Positions 63,204 through 64,000 of a stretch of DNA of 64,000 nt are shown here, in pieces. The translations under genes were made by a program, and so were the position numbers. Under the pieces are notes generated by a model. It was given only the letters and a program-made list of their open reading frames with translations. It did no database searches and was not told the origin of the DNA. Position 1 is the first letter of the stretch. Each line of letters begins with the position of its first letter. Location: positions 3,302 to 67,301 of the IMG/VR virus record IMGVR_UViG_3300037183_000031. The stretch is one strand, 5' to 3'. This stretch comes from a virus. Its lineage: Duplodnaviria > Caudoviricetes.

Positions 63204-63910
63204 CGTCCGATTCTCCTCTTCAACTCACGCTCGGCATTCCACTTGAGATCAGTATCCATGTCGGTGGTTTTCAACATCCACCGGAGGAATCCTTCCTCGA
63301 CGTCCGCCCACTTGGCTCCGCGCTGTTTTCCGATCGGGATCGTGGGCAGGAGCTTCGGCTCCGTCGTCCACTGGATCAAATCCTTAACCGTGGCTAGTTT
63401 CAGTTCTGCCGCCAGCAGATGCGCGGTGGCGTAGGCGTCCGGGCCCGCGCGGTGGGCCGGCTGCGCCTTCGCATCGTCAAGCGTCACGAGCCCCTGGTCA
63501 GCCAGCCAATACCGAAGGCACTGATTTGAATGACCCGGGGCGTCCGGCCACAACCGGAGAGCGGCCTTGTAGGTGCAGATAATCGGCATGATGCCGCGCA
63601 CCCTCCCGATCCACTGATCCTCGAAGTCGGCGTGGTGTGCCGCCAACGCGAACACCCCATGTTTGACCGCCTCGACCACGAACGGCTGCGCGTAGAACGG
63701 CGCCCGCCCGGCGATGTCCTCCGTCCTGATGTGGTGAATCGCCCTGGTCTCCGGCGGGATTCGATCGGCGCCATGGAGTGTGGCCATCGGGTCACCGATC
63801 AGCCAGTGATTATCCCAACCGGCGTATTCGACGTTGCACGTCCCGCTTTCGATCACCAGCGCCGGCGGCGCCACCCCAGTCGTCTCGAAGTCGACTGTCC
63901 TGATCAGCAT
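63200..63910 (-). CDS. DEDDh 3'-5' exonuclease (ExoX-like)
   Basis: VDFETTG, AHHADFE, ICTYK and AHRAGPD; C-terminal IPIGKQRG; AGGAGG RBS. Confidence 0.88.
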   Translation of the reverse strand: MLIRTVDFETTGVAPPALVIESGTCNVEYAGWDNHWLIGDPMATLHGADRIPPETRAIHHIRTEDIAGRAPFYAQPFVVEAVKHGVFALAAHHADFEDQWIGRVRGIMPIICTYKAALRLWPDAPGHSNQCLRYWLADQGLVTLDDAKAQPAHRAGPDAYATAHLLAAELKLATVKDLIQWTTEPKLLPTIPIGKQRGAKWADVEEGFLRWMLKTTDMDTDLKWNAERELKRRIGR

Positions 63911-64000
63911 TCGGATCCTCCTGTTCGCTCTTGCGTTGACCTGCCTTCACCGGAACATCCGCCAGCGCCTGCGCCGCCCAGACGTACCAGCTGGGCAACG

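Larger units (their letters stand above)
1..64000 (-). mobile_element. Segment of a contractile-tailed phage or prophage with a Mu-like head module; both ends lie outside the window
   Basis: Terminase, portal, protease, capsid, sheath, tube, tape measure, baseplate and fibre genes are all present and co-oriented. No host housekeeping gene or att junction is visible. Confidence 0.95.

Overview
The whole window reads as one contiguous stretch of a GC-rich tailed phage or prophage with a contractile tail. Essentially every credible gene is on the minus strand, many joined by ATGA/GTGA/TGATG overlaps. Gene order in the direction of transcription (64000 to 1): recombination genes (ExoX-like exonuclease, YqaJ nuclease, putative annealing protein); HNH protein, adenine methyltransferase, DUF968 nuclease and a HerA-like ATPase with tandem winged helices; a lipoprotein, papain-protease and amidase cluster; a ParB plus ABC-ATPase-GNAT module; small early-type genes (DUF932, ASCH); terminase; a Mu-like portal carrying an inserted pyrophosphatase-like domain; an 8 kb fibre-like block inside the head module; Mu-like head genes; sheath, tube, frameshifting chaperone and tape measure; a baseplate with two J-like paralogues; tail fibres and a glycosyltransferase; holin candidates, RusA, a sigma-like factor and an HTH protein; three lipoproteins; and a DPPY methyltransferase running off the left edge. 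I saw no integrase, transposase, reverse transcriptase, tRNA or CRISPR array. The Cys-rich lipoproteins suggest a myxobacterial host, which is inference only. All family calls are by-eye motif recognition; no database search was run. The strongest candidates for new biology are the ParB/ABC-GNAT module (putative DNA modification), the portal-pyrophosphatase fusion, the papain/amidase/lipoprotein cassette and the HerA-wHTH/nuclease pair.
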